The translations under genes were made by a program, and so were the position numbers. DNA of 64,000 nucleotides from Terrimicrobiaceae bacterium (lineage in GTDB: Bacteria > Verrucomicrobiota > Verrucomicrobiia > Chthoniobacterales > Terrimicrobiaceae), in assembly GCA_041746635.1 (NCBI GenBank), contig JBGTGQ010000034.1:17309-81308 (forward strand), in the 5' to 3' direction. The notes beneath the pieces were generated by a model. It was given only the letters and a program-made list of their open reading frames with translations. It was not told where the DNA came from and ran no database searches. This document shows, one piece after another, positions 29,486 to 39,199 of this stretch (its first letter is position 1; each line of letters begins with the position of its first letter).

Positions 29486-30322
29486 TTACCGCGTGATCCA
29501 GCGACCCGCGCTCTCGTCAAACTTGAAGACCCTGGCTTTGGATTGGCCAAGAGTATGTGGCCATAACAATCCCTTGAGGATCGCCGGACAATCGAACTCC
29601 CAATAGCGCGTGATCGCTTCTTGCCGCGTTTCCGCCCGGATCATGGCCTGAGTTTCCCTTTGATACCCTCCGGCATCTTCACTCAGTTGCCCCGCGTGAA
29701 CTTGGAAGGCTCCGAGGATGCTACGGACGGAATGCAAATCGGTCTGGGTGGCGAAATGGGTCCAAAGAAAATAATCTCCGGCCAACCGGCAGGCGCTGAA
29801 TTGTTCCCACTTCATCCCCTGCAACAATCCACGCCGAAAAAATGTGCCTTCCTGTTGAATGTTCGGATGAGGATAACCCCGCACGTAGGTACCATTAAGG
29901 ACATACTCGCGCCGAAACCGCGGTGGCTTCCAAAAATCAATGATTTCACCGGCTTCGTTGATCTTGCAATTGCTGCCGGTCAGCCAGTTGATCTCCTTAT
30001 CCTCCATGAAGAGCTTCACCAGATGAAAGGCTTCGGAGTGCAGGACATCACCGGCATTGAGATAAGTTAGGACATCACCCGTGCTGCGTTGCAGCCCTTT
30101 GGCGACTGCATCGTACAACCCCGCATCGGGTTCGGAAATAAATGTCAGATCGGATCGGGTTTTGACCAGATCTGCCGTTCCGTCCGAAGAGGCCCCGTCG
30201 ATGATGAAGTATTCCAACTCGACCGAACCGTCCGATAAGGCGGACTGTTCCAGCACGGAGCGTATCGTACGGGGCAGCTGGTGCGCGGCGTTTCGACAAG
30301 GGGTGACGACGGAGATCTTCAT
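29486..30322 (-). CDS. glycosyltransferase family 2
   Basis: MKISVVTPCRNAAHQLPRTIRSVLEQS...YFIIDGASSDGT. ATGA overlap at 30319-30322. Confidence 0.85.
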   Translation of the reverse strand: MKISVVTPCRNAAHQLPRTIRSVLEQSALSDGSVELEYFIIDGASSDGTADLVKTRSDLTFISEPDAGLYDAVAKGLQRSTGDVLTYLNAGDVLHSEAFHLVKLFMEDKEINWLTGSNCKINEAGEIIDFWKPPRFRREYVLNGTYVRGYPHPNIQQEGTFFRRGLLQGMKWEQFSACRLAGDYFLWTHFATQTDLHSVRSILGAFQVHAGQLSEDAGGYQRETQAMIRAETRQEAITRYWEFDCPAILKGLLWPHTLGQSKARVFKFDESAGRWITR

Positions 30323-31509
30323 CGTTGACCGGCAAGGTCATGATCTCGGATCTGCCTCGCTTCCCGGCATATTTCCCAAAGTGAGTGTCCATAAGATGAG
30401 ACGGCTGCTCGCTCCATCGTCAGAGCCGCCTGTTCTTTGCTCTCGTCCCAGGCAAAGTTCAAAGAATTCCACTCTTCCTCCATGATGTCCGCCAACTTTT
30501 GGAAATCATCGGTCGGAAAAAACCGGGCTTGGGGGGCTTGTTCGCGGTGGGTTGGAATGTCCGAGCAAATCAAGGGGCGGCCCAGAGCCTTGGCATCCTG
30601 AACCGTCGTGCTCCATCCTTCAAAGCGAGACGGCTGGATGATCGCGCCGGCATGCCGCAGTAGGCTGACCAAGTCGTCTCCCGCGACACGGCCTAACATC
30701 CGGACCATGCCATCAAGGTTGTTACGAGAAAGGCTCTGCAAAATTTCCGACGCCACGCATCGGTCATTTTTGCGGTGATCAACCATATTGCCCACCATGA
30801 CGACGCAAAGGTTCCCATGGCGGCGACGAATCTCAGACAGCGCCCGGATCACAATGTCATGATTTTTGTGAGCCCAAAATTGGTTTGCGACCAAAAGGTA
30901 TTTCTCGGGCACCCCGAGACGAGTTCTAAAATCCTGGGCGGGCTTGGGCAGAATCCCAAGGGCCAGAGAGGAGGGAAAGGGAAGAACCCGGGCTTTGCCT
31001 GCATACTCCGGCAACTCGCTGACAAAATCCCGGCGCACGGCTTCGCTGGAGAGCAAGACCACATCGTTCCAATGGGCGCAGCGGCGGCACGCGTCTCTGC
31101 GTTCCTGGATTTCCGATGGATCAAAAAATTCGGGGAGAAAAGCGTGTTGGAAGTCGGGAATCCAGCCCACGGTGGCACAGCGTCCGCGGGGCACCATATC
31201 ATATTGCGCGGTCGGATAGATGACCGGCAGCAGCACATCCATTCCATGCTCGTCTGCGGTGAACGGAAGGCGTGCGGGTTTTAGACGACCGGTCAGCTTG
31301 CGGAGAAAATATTCCCCGCGACCGTAGCGGGCCTTGCGAGTGCGAATCCGGGGAAGATCACCGGCAGGGCCAAGATTTTCGGAGGAGGATATCAGCGCAA
31401 CCCTGCCCGATGGATCCCGGCATTGCTGCAAGGTCTGCGCCACAAGAGTGCTGAAGACGCCCCCGGCCGTCCAACCACCCGATGCCAGGTCAATGACACC
31501 AATATTCAT
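30319..31509 (-). CDS. glycosyltransferase family 4 (paralogue of 40418..41605)
   Basis: RFEGWSTTVQDAKALGRPLICSDIPTHREQAP block. ATG at 31509 (a GTG at 31521 is also possible). Confidence 0.8.
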   Translation of the reverse strand: MNIGVIDLASGGWTAGGVFSTLVAQTLQQCRDPSGRVALISSSENLGPAGDLPRIRTRKARYGRGEYFLRKLTGRLKPARLPFTADEHGMDVLLPVIYPTAQYDMVPRGRCATVGWIPDFQHAFLPEFFDPSEIQERRDACRRCAHWNDVVLLSSEAVRRDFVSELPEYAGKARVLPFPSSLALGILPKPAQDFRTRLGVPEKYLLVANQFWAHKNHDIVIRALSEIRRRHGNLCVVMVGNMVDHRKNDRCVASEILQSLSRNNLDGMVRMLGRVAGDDLVSLLRHAGAIIQPSRFEGWSTTVQDAKALGRPLICSDIPTHREQAPQARFFPTDDFQKLADIMEEEWNSLNFAWDESKEQAALTMERAAVSSYGHSLWEICREARQIRDHDLAGQR

Positions 31510-31545
31510 GAAAGGGACCACCCGGCGGCGGTGGCCAGGGATGGA

Positions 31546-33459
31546 TTATTTTGCAATTGTTTCCGCGAAGCGTGCGGCCAGGCCGGCTGCATCCAGGCGA
31601 TAAAAAGCGAGGATTTCATCGTTCTGACCGCAGCGAGGAACGTCCTCCAACCCAATGGGTGTCCATTGGATTGGCAGACCAAGCCGGGCACAAGCGGCGG
31701 CGATTTTTTCCCCCTGCCCGCCGGCAATTAAATGGTTATCGAGGGTGATAACTTTTTTTGTGGAACCCACAGCCTTCTTGAGCCAATCGAGATCAATGCG
31801 ATTGAGCCAGGGTAGATTGATCAGCCGGACCTTCTTGCCATGCGAACTCTCCAGAGCCTTGGCCGCCTGCCAGGCTTCGGGAAGTAACACCGGGCCATAG
31901 CCGAATACAACCGCATCTTCTCCTTCGAGAAGCGTAACGCCCCGGCCTTTGATTATCTGATAATCCGAAGGCAACTCGAAGGGAATTGCCCGGGGAATGG
32001 AAACGAGGCGGAGATAGAAGTTTTCCTCCTGTCCGTTCACACAATAATCGAAAAGCAACTCGACTTCCCGTTCACAGGATGGCTCAGCCATGGCCAGACG
32101 GGCTATCCCGCCGACGGAACTGATATCCCGAACGCATTGGTGGGAATGCCCTGGTCCCGAAGGAAGCAGTCCAGCCAGCGAACCAGCATAGCCGACCTGG
32201 GTTCCCTCGGTGGCATTGTTGAAGATCTGCTCATTGGGCCGGGTCGAGAGAAAACAGGAGAACGAATGGACAATCGGCAGCAAGCCCTTCAAGGCCATTC
32301 CCCCCGCTTGGGAAACCATGTCCTGCTCCGCAATTCCGCATTCAAAGAAGCGTTCGGGGAAGCGCTTTTCAAATTCCAGCACACCGCAGTCCAGTGCCAG
32401 GTCACCGTCCAATGCGACAAGGTGCTCATTCTTTTCCGCTGCGGCGACCAAGGCACGAGAGTACGCCTCGATAAGTTTGTCCGGCTTCTCAGGCAGCACG
32501 CGTGTCGGACGTTCCTTGGTTTCGAGCGCCAACGGGGCGGCACCCAAAAGAGCAAGCTGGGCATTGGCAGAATCAATTAACTCTCCAAGCGCGGCCAGAT
32601 AGGTCGCCTGGTCCGGCGCGCCACTGTGAAACGAATAAAGCCGCGGATTTTTCATGGCAGCTGGTTCCATGAAGCTTACGCCGCACCCCTTCTTGGTATC
32701 CGCAATAAGCACCTTGGGCCGGTCGGCTATCGTTCTAAAACGCCCGAATACACCCGCCAGGGCTTCAAAATCATGACCGTCGCATCGGGCCACCTCCCAA
32801 CCGAACGCCTGAAATCTTGCTTCGAGGTTGCCCAAATCACTCACGTCCGTAACGAACGTGTCGGATTGAAGTTTATTGTGATCCACAATAACGGTGATTT
32901 CGCCGAGCTCGTCATTGGCGGCTGGCTGCAAGGATTCCCAAAACTGGCCCTCCTGCAACTCGCCGTCACCAGTCAGAACATAGATGGCTTGCTTGCGACC
33001 GTGCAGCCGGTTGGCGATGACCATGCCATGGGCCTTGGAAACCCCCATCCCCAGTGATCCCGTATTGGTTTGAACCTGAGGTATGGTTTTTACGTCCGGA
33101 TGCCCGGGCAGACCACCCAATCGGCGCAGCCTGTCGATTGACTCAAACGGGAGAATCCCCAATCCAATCATCACCGAATATAATCCGGGTGCATCATGTC
33201 CTTTGGAGGAAAAATAGATGTCGGAAACTGTACGCGGGTCAGCGGCGTTATCGCGTTGCAGCTCGTTGAGAAACAGCCAGGACACAATATCCATCGCGCT
33301 AAAACTGCTGCCCAAATGACCAGAGCCCGCCCGTGCGACCAGGGAGAGGGTGTTGATGCGGCAAGCCGTGGCGAAAAGTTGGGCTACCGGAATCGCCGGA
33401 CTCTGAGCGAGGATACGCTGCAATTCAGAAAAGGGCACATCGGAGAGGGTATTATTCAT
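31546..33459 (-). CDS. transketolase-family ThDP enzyme (N- and C-terminal halves fused, 637 aa)
   Basis: SGHLGSSFSAMDIV and GDGELQEGQFWES (ThDP/Mg site), then FECGIAEQDMVSQAGGMA (pyrimidine-binding domain). Confidence 0.85.
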   Translation of the reverse strand: MNNTLSDVPFSELQRILAQSPAIPVAQLFATACRINTLSLVARAGSGHLGSSFSAMDIVSWLFLNELQRDNAADPRTVSDIYFSSKGHDAPGLYSVMIGLGILPFESIDRLRRLGGLPGHPDVKTIPQVQTNTGSLGMGVSKAHGMVIANRLHGRKQAIYVLTGDGELQEGQFWESLQPAANDELGEITVIVDHNKLQSDTFVTDVSDLGNLEARFQAFGWEVARCDGHDFEALAGVFGRFRTIADRPKVLIADTKKGCGVSFMEPAAMKNPRLYSFHSGAPDQATYLAALGELIDSANAQLALLGAAPLALETKERPTRVLPEKPDKLIEAYSRALVAAAEKNEHLVALDGDLALDCGVLEFEKRFPERFFECGIAEQDMVSQAGGMALKGLLPIVHSFSCFLSTRPNEQIFNNATEGTQVGYAGSLAGLLPSGPGHSHQCVRDISSVGGIARLAMAEPSCEREVELLFDYCVNGQEENFYLRLVSIPRAIPFELPSDYQIIKGRGVTLLEGEDAVVFGYGPVLLPEAWQAAKALESSHGKKVRLINLPWLNRIDLDWLKKAVGSTKKVITLDNHLIAGGQGEKIAAACARLGLPIQWTPIGLEDVPRCGQNDEILAFYRLDAAGLAARFAETIAK

Positions 33460-33471
33460 CGGAAGCAGGTA

Positions 33472-34398
33472 TTAAAAAATGATGCGGCCGGTTTGGAGCG
33501 GGAATGACCTGCCTTTGCCGGAAATTGCGGAAAGTGAAAAGAAAACCAGATCTCCAAAAGTCGTCACCAAACGAAACACAAGCGCTGCCGAAAGCACAGC
33601 AGATTCGCCCATTTTTCCTCCAAGTAGAGCCACGAGGGTGACTTCTCGAATGCCTAAACCGCCTGGCGCGCCAGGTGTGATGAAGCCCGCGCTCCATGAA
33701 AACGCATAAGCTCCAATGATAAGCAGCCAATTTTTTGCCACAATGCTGTCGCTGCCTTCAAAAAAAGCGCAAATTCCAAGGAACAGGAGTGCGCTGATAA
33801 ACACATAAAGACTGTAGGCGACCTGCGCTTCAAGCAAACACCTCCATCGTTCAGGCGATATTATTTTCCGAATTCCTCTGTACCAAATAATCAAAGCCAT
33901 CGCAACAACGAGACAAAACCCGGCAGCGAGGTAAAAGAAAGATCGCGAACCTAGCTGGCCCAGAAGTGGAAGAGCATTAAGCGGAGTAAAGACACTCAAC
34001 ATACCTGCAAAGGCGAGAATCATTGCCATCTCGATTCCGGTCGCGCAGGCTAGCGCAGCATCCGAAATTCCTCTTTTGCGGGCGTGAACATGTCGGCTGG
34101 CCAGGTGAAAGATATTTCCTGGAAGATATTTGGCGATCTGAGTCTTCGCGTAGAGCCGCCACGCATGCGACCAGGAAAGTCTGTGCTTTTCAAGGCCGTT
34201 GAGAGTCATCCACCATCCCCGAGCCAGTAACATGTTCGCCATGGCATAAAAAATGGAAAATGCCGCCACCCCAACCAAAACCACCGGGCTCAGGGGTTTG
34301 CTAAAGATGGGGCCGGCATGATCCCGCAAGCGCCATCCGATAAAGCCAAGGCTTACAACTACAAGGATGCGACCAAACCAGCGGAGCAAGCCGTGCAT
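33472..34398 (-). CDS. flippase-like polytopic membrane protein (lysyl-PG synthase TM-region/UPF0104 family)
   Basis: About 8 hydrophobic helices and a C-terminal GAPGGLGIRE block typical of the family. The ATG at 34398 lies 2 nt after the upstream stop. Confidence 0.65.
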   Translation of the reverse strand: MHGLLRWFGRILVVVSLGFIGWRLRDHAGPIFSKPLSPVVLVGVAAFSIFYAMANMLLARGWWMTLNGLEKHRLSWSHAWRLYAKTQIAKYLPGNIFHLASRHVHARKRGISDAALACATGIEMAMILAFAGMLSVFTPLNALPLLGQLGSRSFFYLAAGFCLVVAMALIIWYRGIRKIISPERWRCLLEAQVAYSLYVFISALLFLGICAFFEGSDSIVAKNWLLIIGAYAFSWSAGFITPGAPGGLGIREVTLVALLGGKMGESAVLSAALVFRLVTTFGDLVFFSLSAISGKGRSFPLQTGRIIF

Positions 34399-34400
34399 AG

Positions 34401-35072
34401 CTATTGATTCCGCGCACGACAGAGCACCATGGTCCAGGGAAGCGGACGCTCGATTGCTTGAACGTGAAATTGCTCTTTCAAAAACCCTACAAAAGCTTTC
34501 GTTGACCAATGTTGAATATGGCCAGGTGTATTCCCTGCATTAGAGATATAAGCACCACGCATGAGGTTTAATATTCTCCATATCGGTTCGCGTGGAACGC
34601 TTATTAAGAGGTAAGGACGCGCCAAGGATGCGAGAATAGCGAGGGCCCGGGGGGGATCCACCAAGTGTTCCATCACCTCACAGCAGACAATCAAGGAGGC
34701 CGAGTCTTCAGAAGGCACCAAATCATAGATGCTCGCAGTCCGAAATGGGATGGTGAACCCGCGTGCGGCAGCATTTTCGCTGGCGATTTCAATCACCTCC
34801 GGCGCAATGTCAAAACTACGAACCGTCAAACCCATGTCAGCAAGCCGGAACGTCAGATTACCCTCCCCGCATCCTACTTCATGGGCATCGCGAGCTCCTG
34901 TTATTCTCACCAGTCTGTCAAAGGTTTTCAGAAATCGCCGCATCAGATGCTTTTCGATAATATTCCGGCTTTGATACTTGTCGTAGAAATTGCCCGCGGG
35001 CTGGATTTGAGATTTGTTCACTTGTCCGTTTTTTTCACTCCTTATCGCGAGGCGGTTCCAGCTCAAGAACAA
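34401..35072 (-). CDS. class I SAM-dependent methyltransferase
   Basis: EVGCGEGNLTFRLA (motif I) and CCEVMEHLVDP. An alternative GTG start at 35021 would avoid the 38-nt overlap with the upstream gene. Confidence 0.8.
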   Translation of the reverse strand: MFLSWNRLAIRSEKNGQVNKSQIQPAGNFYDKYQSRNIIEKHLMRRFLKTFDRLVRITGARDAHEVGCGEGNLTFRLADMGLTVRSFDIAPEVIEIASENAAARGFTIPFRTASIYDLVPSEDSASLIVCCEVMEHLVDPPRALAILASLARPYLLISVPREPIWRILNLMRGAYISNAGNTPGHIQHWSTKAFVGFLKEQFHVQAIERPLPWTMVLCRARNQ

Positions 35073-35601
35073 AGAGCTGGTTTACCCGAAACAGGAACCT
35101 TTTCATCCTTTCGATATGGAGGCCTGCTTGTAAGGCAACATCTCGCATTTTCACCTCGTCAAACAATATTTCGTGTTCATCGGCGGCATCCCGGCTAAAC
35201 AAACCGATGTGACTGCCTGCTCGGTGCACGGACTCCATACGAAGATGAGGTGTGGTCAAAACGATTTTGCCCTTGGGGGCTAGCCGGAGTTTCAATGATT
35301 CCAGCCACTCTATTGGATCCTTGACATGCTCGATGATTGCCAGTCCGACAATAGTGTCGAATTTTTCGTTAGCCGGCAGTTCGTTGGAGAAGCGACATTC
35401 GGGATGTCGTGTCCGCGCAACGGCAAGTGATTCCACATCGATATCTACACCACAATACCCGCGACACCCACACCATTTGGCGAGTTCTCCTGTGCCGCAA
35501 CCGACATCCAAAACCTGACCCTTGATATGGGGAAGAGCCGCATGAATGCGGGCCCGTCGGAGTAACGGTGAGAGGAGTCCTCCTGCAACTTGGTCAGGCA
35601 T
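35035..35601 (-). CDS. class I SAM-dependent methyltransferase
   Basis: VLDVGCGTGELAKW (motif I) and GLAIIEHVKDP. 1-nt TAATG overlap with the upstream GT2. Confidence 0.8.
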   Translation of the reverse strand: MPDQVAGGLLSPLLRRARIHAALPHIKGQVLDVGCGTGELAKWCGCRGYCGVDIDVESLAVARTRHPECRFSNELPANEKFDTIVGLAIIEHVKDPIEWLESLKLRLAPKGKIVLTTPHLRMESVHRAGSHIGLFSRDAADEHEILFDEVKMRDVALQAGLHIERMKRFLFRVNQLFVLELEPPRDKE

Positions 35602-36554
35602 TATTTGTTTTGATCATTTTCTTTGAGTTCAAAGAGCTGCAAGCGAATTTCTTCAAGCAGCCGCCGATTTACCGCTATAAGGTCTGCTAAAATTCCAGCC
35701 AGACACAGGAAAACCGCTATCGTGAGCAGGGCCGTTCCAATAGTAAGCGACTGAACAAATCCCGCGCCATATCCAGTTGCATATTTTAGCAAAAACCTGA
35801 AAATTAGGATCAGGCCAGGAATTCCGGTCACCGCGGCAACAACCAGGAAAAATCTTAGAGGGCGATAAATGGTATAAATTCGGATCATGGTAATCACAGA
35901 TCTCCGAACGTAATCACCCATGCTCTTGACCAGACGAGAGGGGCGAAGAGGCGTGTTCGTCCGTATCGGAACCGATACAACCCGCAGATTTTGCAGGCCT
36001 GCCTGAATAATGGTTTCAATCGTGTAGGTGTAGCGATTGTAGACAAACAATCTTTTGCCAGCCTCCCTGCTCACGGCCCGAAAACCGCTTGGGGCATCGA
36101 GAGTTGTCGTGTTACTTAAACGCCGAACCATCCAACTGCCAAAATATTGAAGTGCTTTTTTGATTTGGGAAAAATGCTCGATGTCTTGTATTGGCCGTGC
36201 GCCAATTACGATGTCCGCCTGGTTATTCATAATGGGATCAACCAGCTTTGCGATATCAGCCGAGACATATTGATTATCGGCATCGGTGTTGACGATAATA
36301 TCCGCTCCAAGTTCGAGTGCTTTCTTCAGTCCGGTGACATATGCCGCCGCCAGGCCGCGATTGCACGGGTGAACAACGATATGCTCAACGCCATTGGCAC
36401 GGGCGACCCCTGACGTCCCATCGCACGAGCCATCATCAATAACCAGCCACTCTAATTTAGAAATGCCAGGCAGAGTTTTTGGCAATTCTGATAGTACAAT
36501 CCCCAGCGTTTCCGCTTCATTGTAGCAGGGAATTTGGATAATTACATAAGACAT
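35601..36554 (-). CDS. membrane-anchored GT2, polyprenyl-phosphate sugar synthase type (GtrB/ArnC/DPM1-like)
   Basis: VIIQIPCYNEAETL...VIDDGSCDGT...NTDADNQY plus two C-terminal TM helices. ATG at 36554 (the longest ORF to 36617 overlaps the upstream gene). Confidence 0.8.
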   Translation of the reverse strand: MSYVIIQIPCYNEAETLGIVLSELPKTLPGISKLEWLVIDDGSCDGTSGVARANGVEHIVVHPCNRGLAAAYVTGLKKALELGADIIVNTDADNQYVSADIAKLVDPIMNNQADIVIGARPIQDIEHFSQIKKALQYFGSWMVRRLSNTTTLDAPSGFRAVSREAGKRLFVYNRYTYTIETIIQAGLQNLRVVSVPIRTNTPLRPSRLVKSMGDYVRRSVITMIRIYTIYRPLRFFLVVAAVTGIPGLILIFRFLLKYATGYGAGFVQSLTIGTALLTIAVFLCLAGILADLIAVNRRLLEEIRLQLFELKENDQNK

Positions 36555-36574
36555 GACTGACGTGACCTTCGGTT

Positions 36575-38974
36575 TTACTTCGGAATTAAGGAAATCGTCC
36601 AAGGGACTTCGAAACACATCACATTAGGGAAATCGTTATCTCCTTTAAGCATGAGGGAGACATTTTTATTAAAGTAAATTTTGCAGACTTGCAGCGCAAA
36701 ACTATCGCAAATTACTTCTTTTGGAATTACAAATTCAAGTTTGTCATTCTTTTGCAGAAATAGGATTTTCTGCGAGTTGCACGTAATTTTCGAAATCATC
36801 CCGGGCAAGAAGGACTTGTCCAACGGGATAATGACTTGAATATCTGTATAGACATCAGAAAGCAGGCCCCGTGGCAAAAAAAACAGAATACAATCGCGGG
36901 AATCCACGCTGGTCGGCCAGAGCTGATGAACTGTGGAGAAAGTCTCAATCGCCTTGGCGTTCAGCGTCATCAAGTCACGCCCAGGTTGTACGGAAATTCC
37001 GTAATCCTCTAGATTTTTTAAAAGAATAGCGTTTGGATTTCGCACATATATCGATTGCTTGGGTTGTAGTATTGTCCCCGGCAGCGGCAAAGCTGCTGAA
37101 GCATCCACTGCAGCGCTTTCCACAATCGCAGCATCTACCCGTCCCGATGCCAGCGATGATTTGATTTCATCCGGGCGCAAGAGAATATAAGAATAGCCGG
37201 GGAGCTCCCGCGGAAGGACGAAAGCCCACGAGTCGAGCCGACCGGAATAGCCTATCGATTTCCCGGGCGTTACCGCCGACTTCAATATGTCCACTTGCGA
37301 CATCCACCTGCCACCAAGATATAACTGCAACGGACTTCTGGTGTTTTTCGCTGCAAGAAAATGTGCCTTGCGAGAGGGCTCCAAGGCAATACAAAAGAGC
37401 ATAACCCAAAGAGCAAGCAACGAGCAAAATGTACAAAATATCGCGCGAGCCCAAGCCGGCGTGCAAAAAGCACAAATAACGGGCGGAACCAGAAGTGGAA
37501 TAAATTGAATTAAATACCTCGCGCGTGTCGGCCCCCAGGGTGCATTGAAACAGAATAGAATCAACGAAGACAACCCGAGAATGACTAAAGAAACTAACAA
37601 AAGATTTTCGAAATTGCGGGTACGAAAAAATCGGCGAAGACTGATTATTCCGACTATGGGTGCCGACAACAATATTAAGAAACCCAGAATGCCGTAGCCA
37701 GCCCTATTCTCATCTGTAAATAATTCTGTAAGATTACTGTCATTGTTAAATTTTGCTAGTTTATCTAGTCCGAGATTGATTTTTCGATCAATCGCCCATA
37801 TTATTTTCCGCTGAATGACAGGTCCGATTTCCGACGGCTTGGATTGTAGACCATGCCAGCTGAGTGTTTGGTAGGCTGACAGGACGATATTCGGCAGGGG
37901 TGAATAAACTTCTGGAGGCAACTTTGCCAAAATATTATTTGACGCTTCACTAAGCGCAAACGAACCGTGATCCTGAAAATTTTGCACATACCCGTATGAG
38001 CCCAAGAGGGCGGTGCCAATAGTTCCCGCAAGGAGAAGGCTTATAATCCTCGCGAGCCAGTTTTTCCAACCCAGAAAGACAAGTGTTCCGATTGAGAAAA
38101 TAGCCAACGCGGGTAAGGTCAAAAGAAAAGTCAACTTTGTTCCAACGCCTATACCAAGTGAGATTCCGGCACAAATTGATGAACGGCGCACGCAAGCTAT
38201 CCCGACTTTTGGATGAAGCGACTGCGCGAGGAAGACAACGCAGCTTACAATGAGACCTCCGACTATTAAGTCATTCCCTGACGTTCCCATTTGGTAAATT
38301 GTCGCGGGAAACCCGATGCAAATCACGGCTACACAGGTCGCGGCCAGCCTATTACCCGAACAAAGTATGGTCAAACGATAGACTCCCAGCGCGATCATGA
38401 TGGCCCCTAACACCTGGGGAAGGTGCATCCACTCGTAACCAATACCCAGTGCCATCATCCACATCAGAATAATTGAGGAATTCGGAGGGAATTCAGTCCA
38501 ACGGAAATCATCGATTGGAAGATAGTGGAGATTACCTTGCTGCAACCAATAGTAAGCTCGCGGCAAATGGTAGGATAGAGCATCCTTGTTCATCGAAGGG
38601 GCCGACCGGTAAAAATTAACATTGATAGCCAGCAGGATTATTACGGCGGCGACCAGTGCAAGCGTGATCCAGATGGTTTTTTGGCCCGGTTGGCCGAACT
38701 TTTGCCAAAAGCCAGCCAAGCCGGGCAACCCCGGTCTTCCCTTACGGTTCCAAACAAAGGCGGCAATTCCCACCATAACAAACTGTCCGAGGACGAGGGT
38801 TTTGGGGCTAATGCCGAAGGACTCGGAAAGGCAGAGGGCGAGAAGGATAATTTGCCCGAGGCCATAGTTGCAAAAGGCCAGCATATTCTCGGTGGCAGAT
38901 GGGAAAGGATACGCGGCAACTACCATCCATGAAGCGGCCAACAGCAAGCCCACTGCAAAAATAGTCATCATCAA
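36575..38974 (-). CDS. GT-C fold membrane glycosyltransferase (ArnT/PMT-like) with a C-terminal soluble domain of about 280 aa
   Basis: 799 aa with more than 10 predicted TM helices. Early loop DALSYHLPRAYYW. Sits directly after a polyprenyl-P sugar synthase gene. Markedly AT-richer DNA. Confidence 0.6.
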   Translation of the reverse strand: MMMTIFAVGLLLAASWMVVAAYPFPSATENMLAFCNYGLGQIILLALCLSESFGISPKTLVLGQFVMVGIAAFVWNRKGRPGLPGLAGFWQKFGQPGQKTIWITLALVAAVIILLAINVNFYRSAPSMNKDALSYHLPRAYYWLQQGNLHYLPIDDFRWTEFPPNSSIILMWMMALGIGYEWMHLPQVLGAIMIALGVYRLTILCSGNRLAATCVAVICIGFPATIYQMGTSGNDLIVGGLIVSCVVFLAQSLHPKVGIACVRRSSICAGISLGIGVGTKLTFLLTLPALAIFSIGTLVFLGWKNWLARIISLLLAGTIGTALLGSYGYVQNFQDHGSFALSEASNNILAKLPPEVYSPLPNIVLSAYQTLSWHGLQSKPSEIGPVIQRKIIWAIDRKINLGLDKLAKFNNDSNLTELFTDENRAGYGILGFLILLSAPIVGIISLRRFFRTRNFENLLLVSLVILGLSSLILFCFNAPWGPTRARYLIQFIPLLVPPVICAFCTPAWARAIFCTFCSLLALWVMLFCIALEPSRKAHFLAAKNTRSPLQLYLGGRWMSQVDILKSAVTPGKSIGYSGRLDSWAFVLPRELPGYSYILLRPDEIKSSLASGRVDAAIVESAAVDASAALPLPGTILQPKQSIYVRNPNAILLKNLEDYGISVQPGRDLMTLNAKAIETFSTVHQLWPTSVDSRDCILFFLPRGLLSDVYTDIQVIIPLDKSFLPGMISKITCNSQKILFLQKNDKLEFVIPKEVICDSFALQVCKIYFNKNVSLMLKGDNDFPNVMCFEVPWTISLIPK

Positions 38975-39199
38975 TTTTCGACTCGAAACTACCCGGTCGT
39001 TACATCGCGGGATATGGGACTCAGCTCAATTCCTGAAGCCCAAAGGATTAGGTTTCATAAAGGCGTTGGCCAAAAGCAATGAACGGAGAGACCGCAAGCC
39101 TCACCGCCGAATCACAACATACCTCAGAAGGGATTGCCTCCTGAAGCGAAAACAATAGTCTACACTCAATGCAACGACTTGCGCTGCAACTACCAAGAT

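Noticed and set aside
31546-33459. Treating the transketolase as an ordinary pentose-phosphate housekeeping gene located here by chance.
   Set aside because: This was not fully rejected. Its tight packing between glycan genes on the same strand argues for a locus-specific role, but the window alone cannot decide. It is listed as a finding with both alternatives.
38868-39158. A 96-aa plus-strand ORF in the gap upstream of the GT-C gene.
   Set aside because: It overlaps the GT-C start and has basic, low-complexity composition. It has no signal or domain features. The region more likely carries the promoter or 5' UTR of the minus-strand gene.
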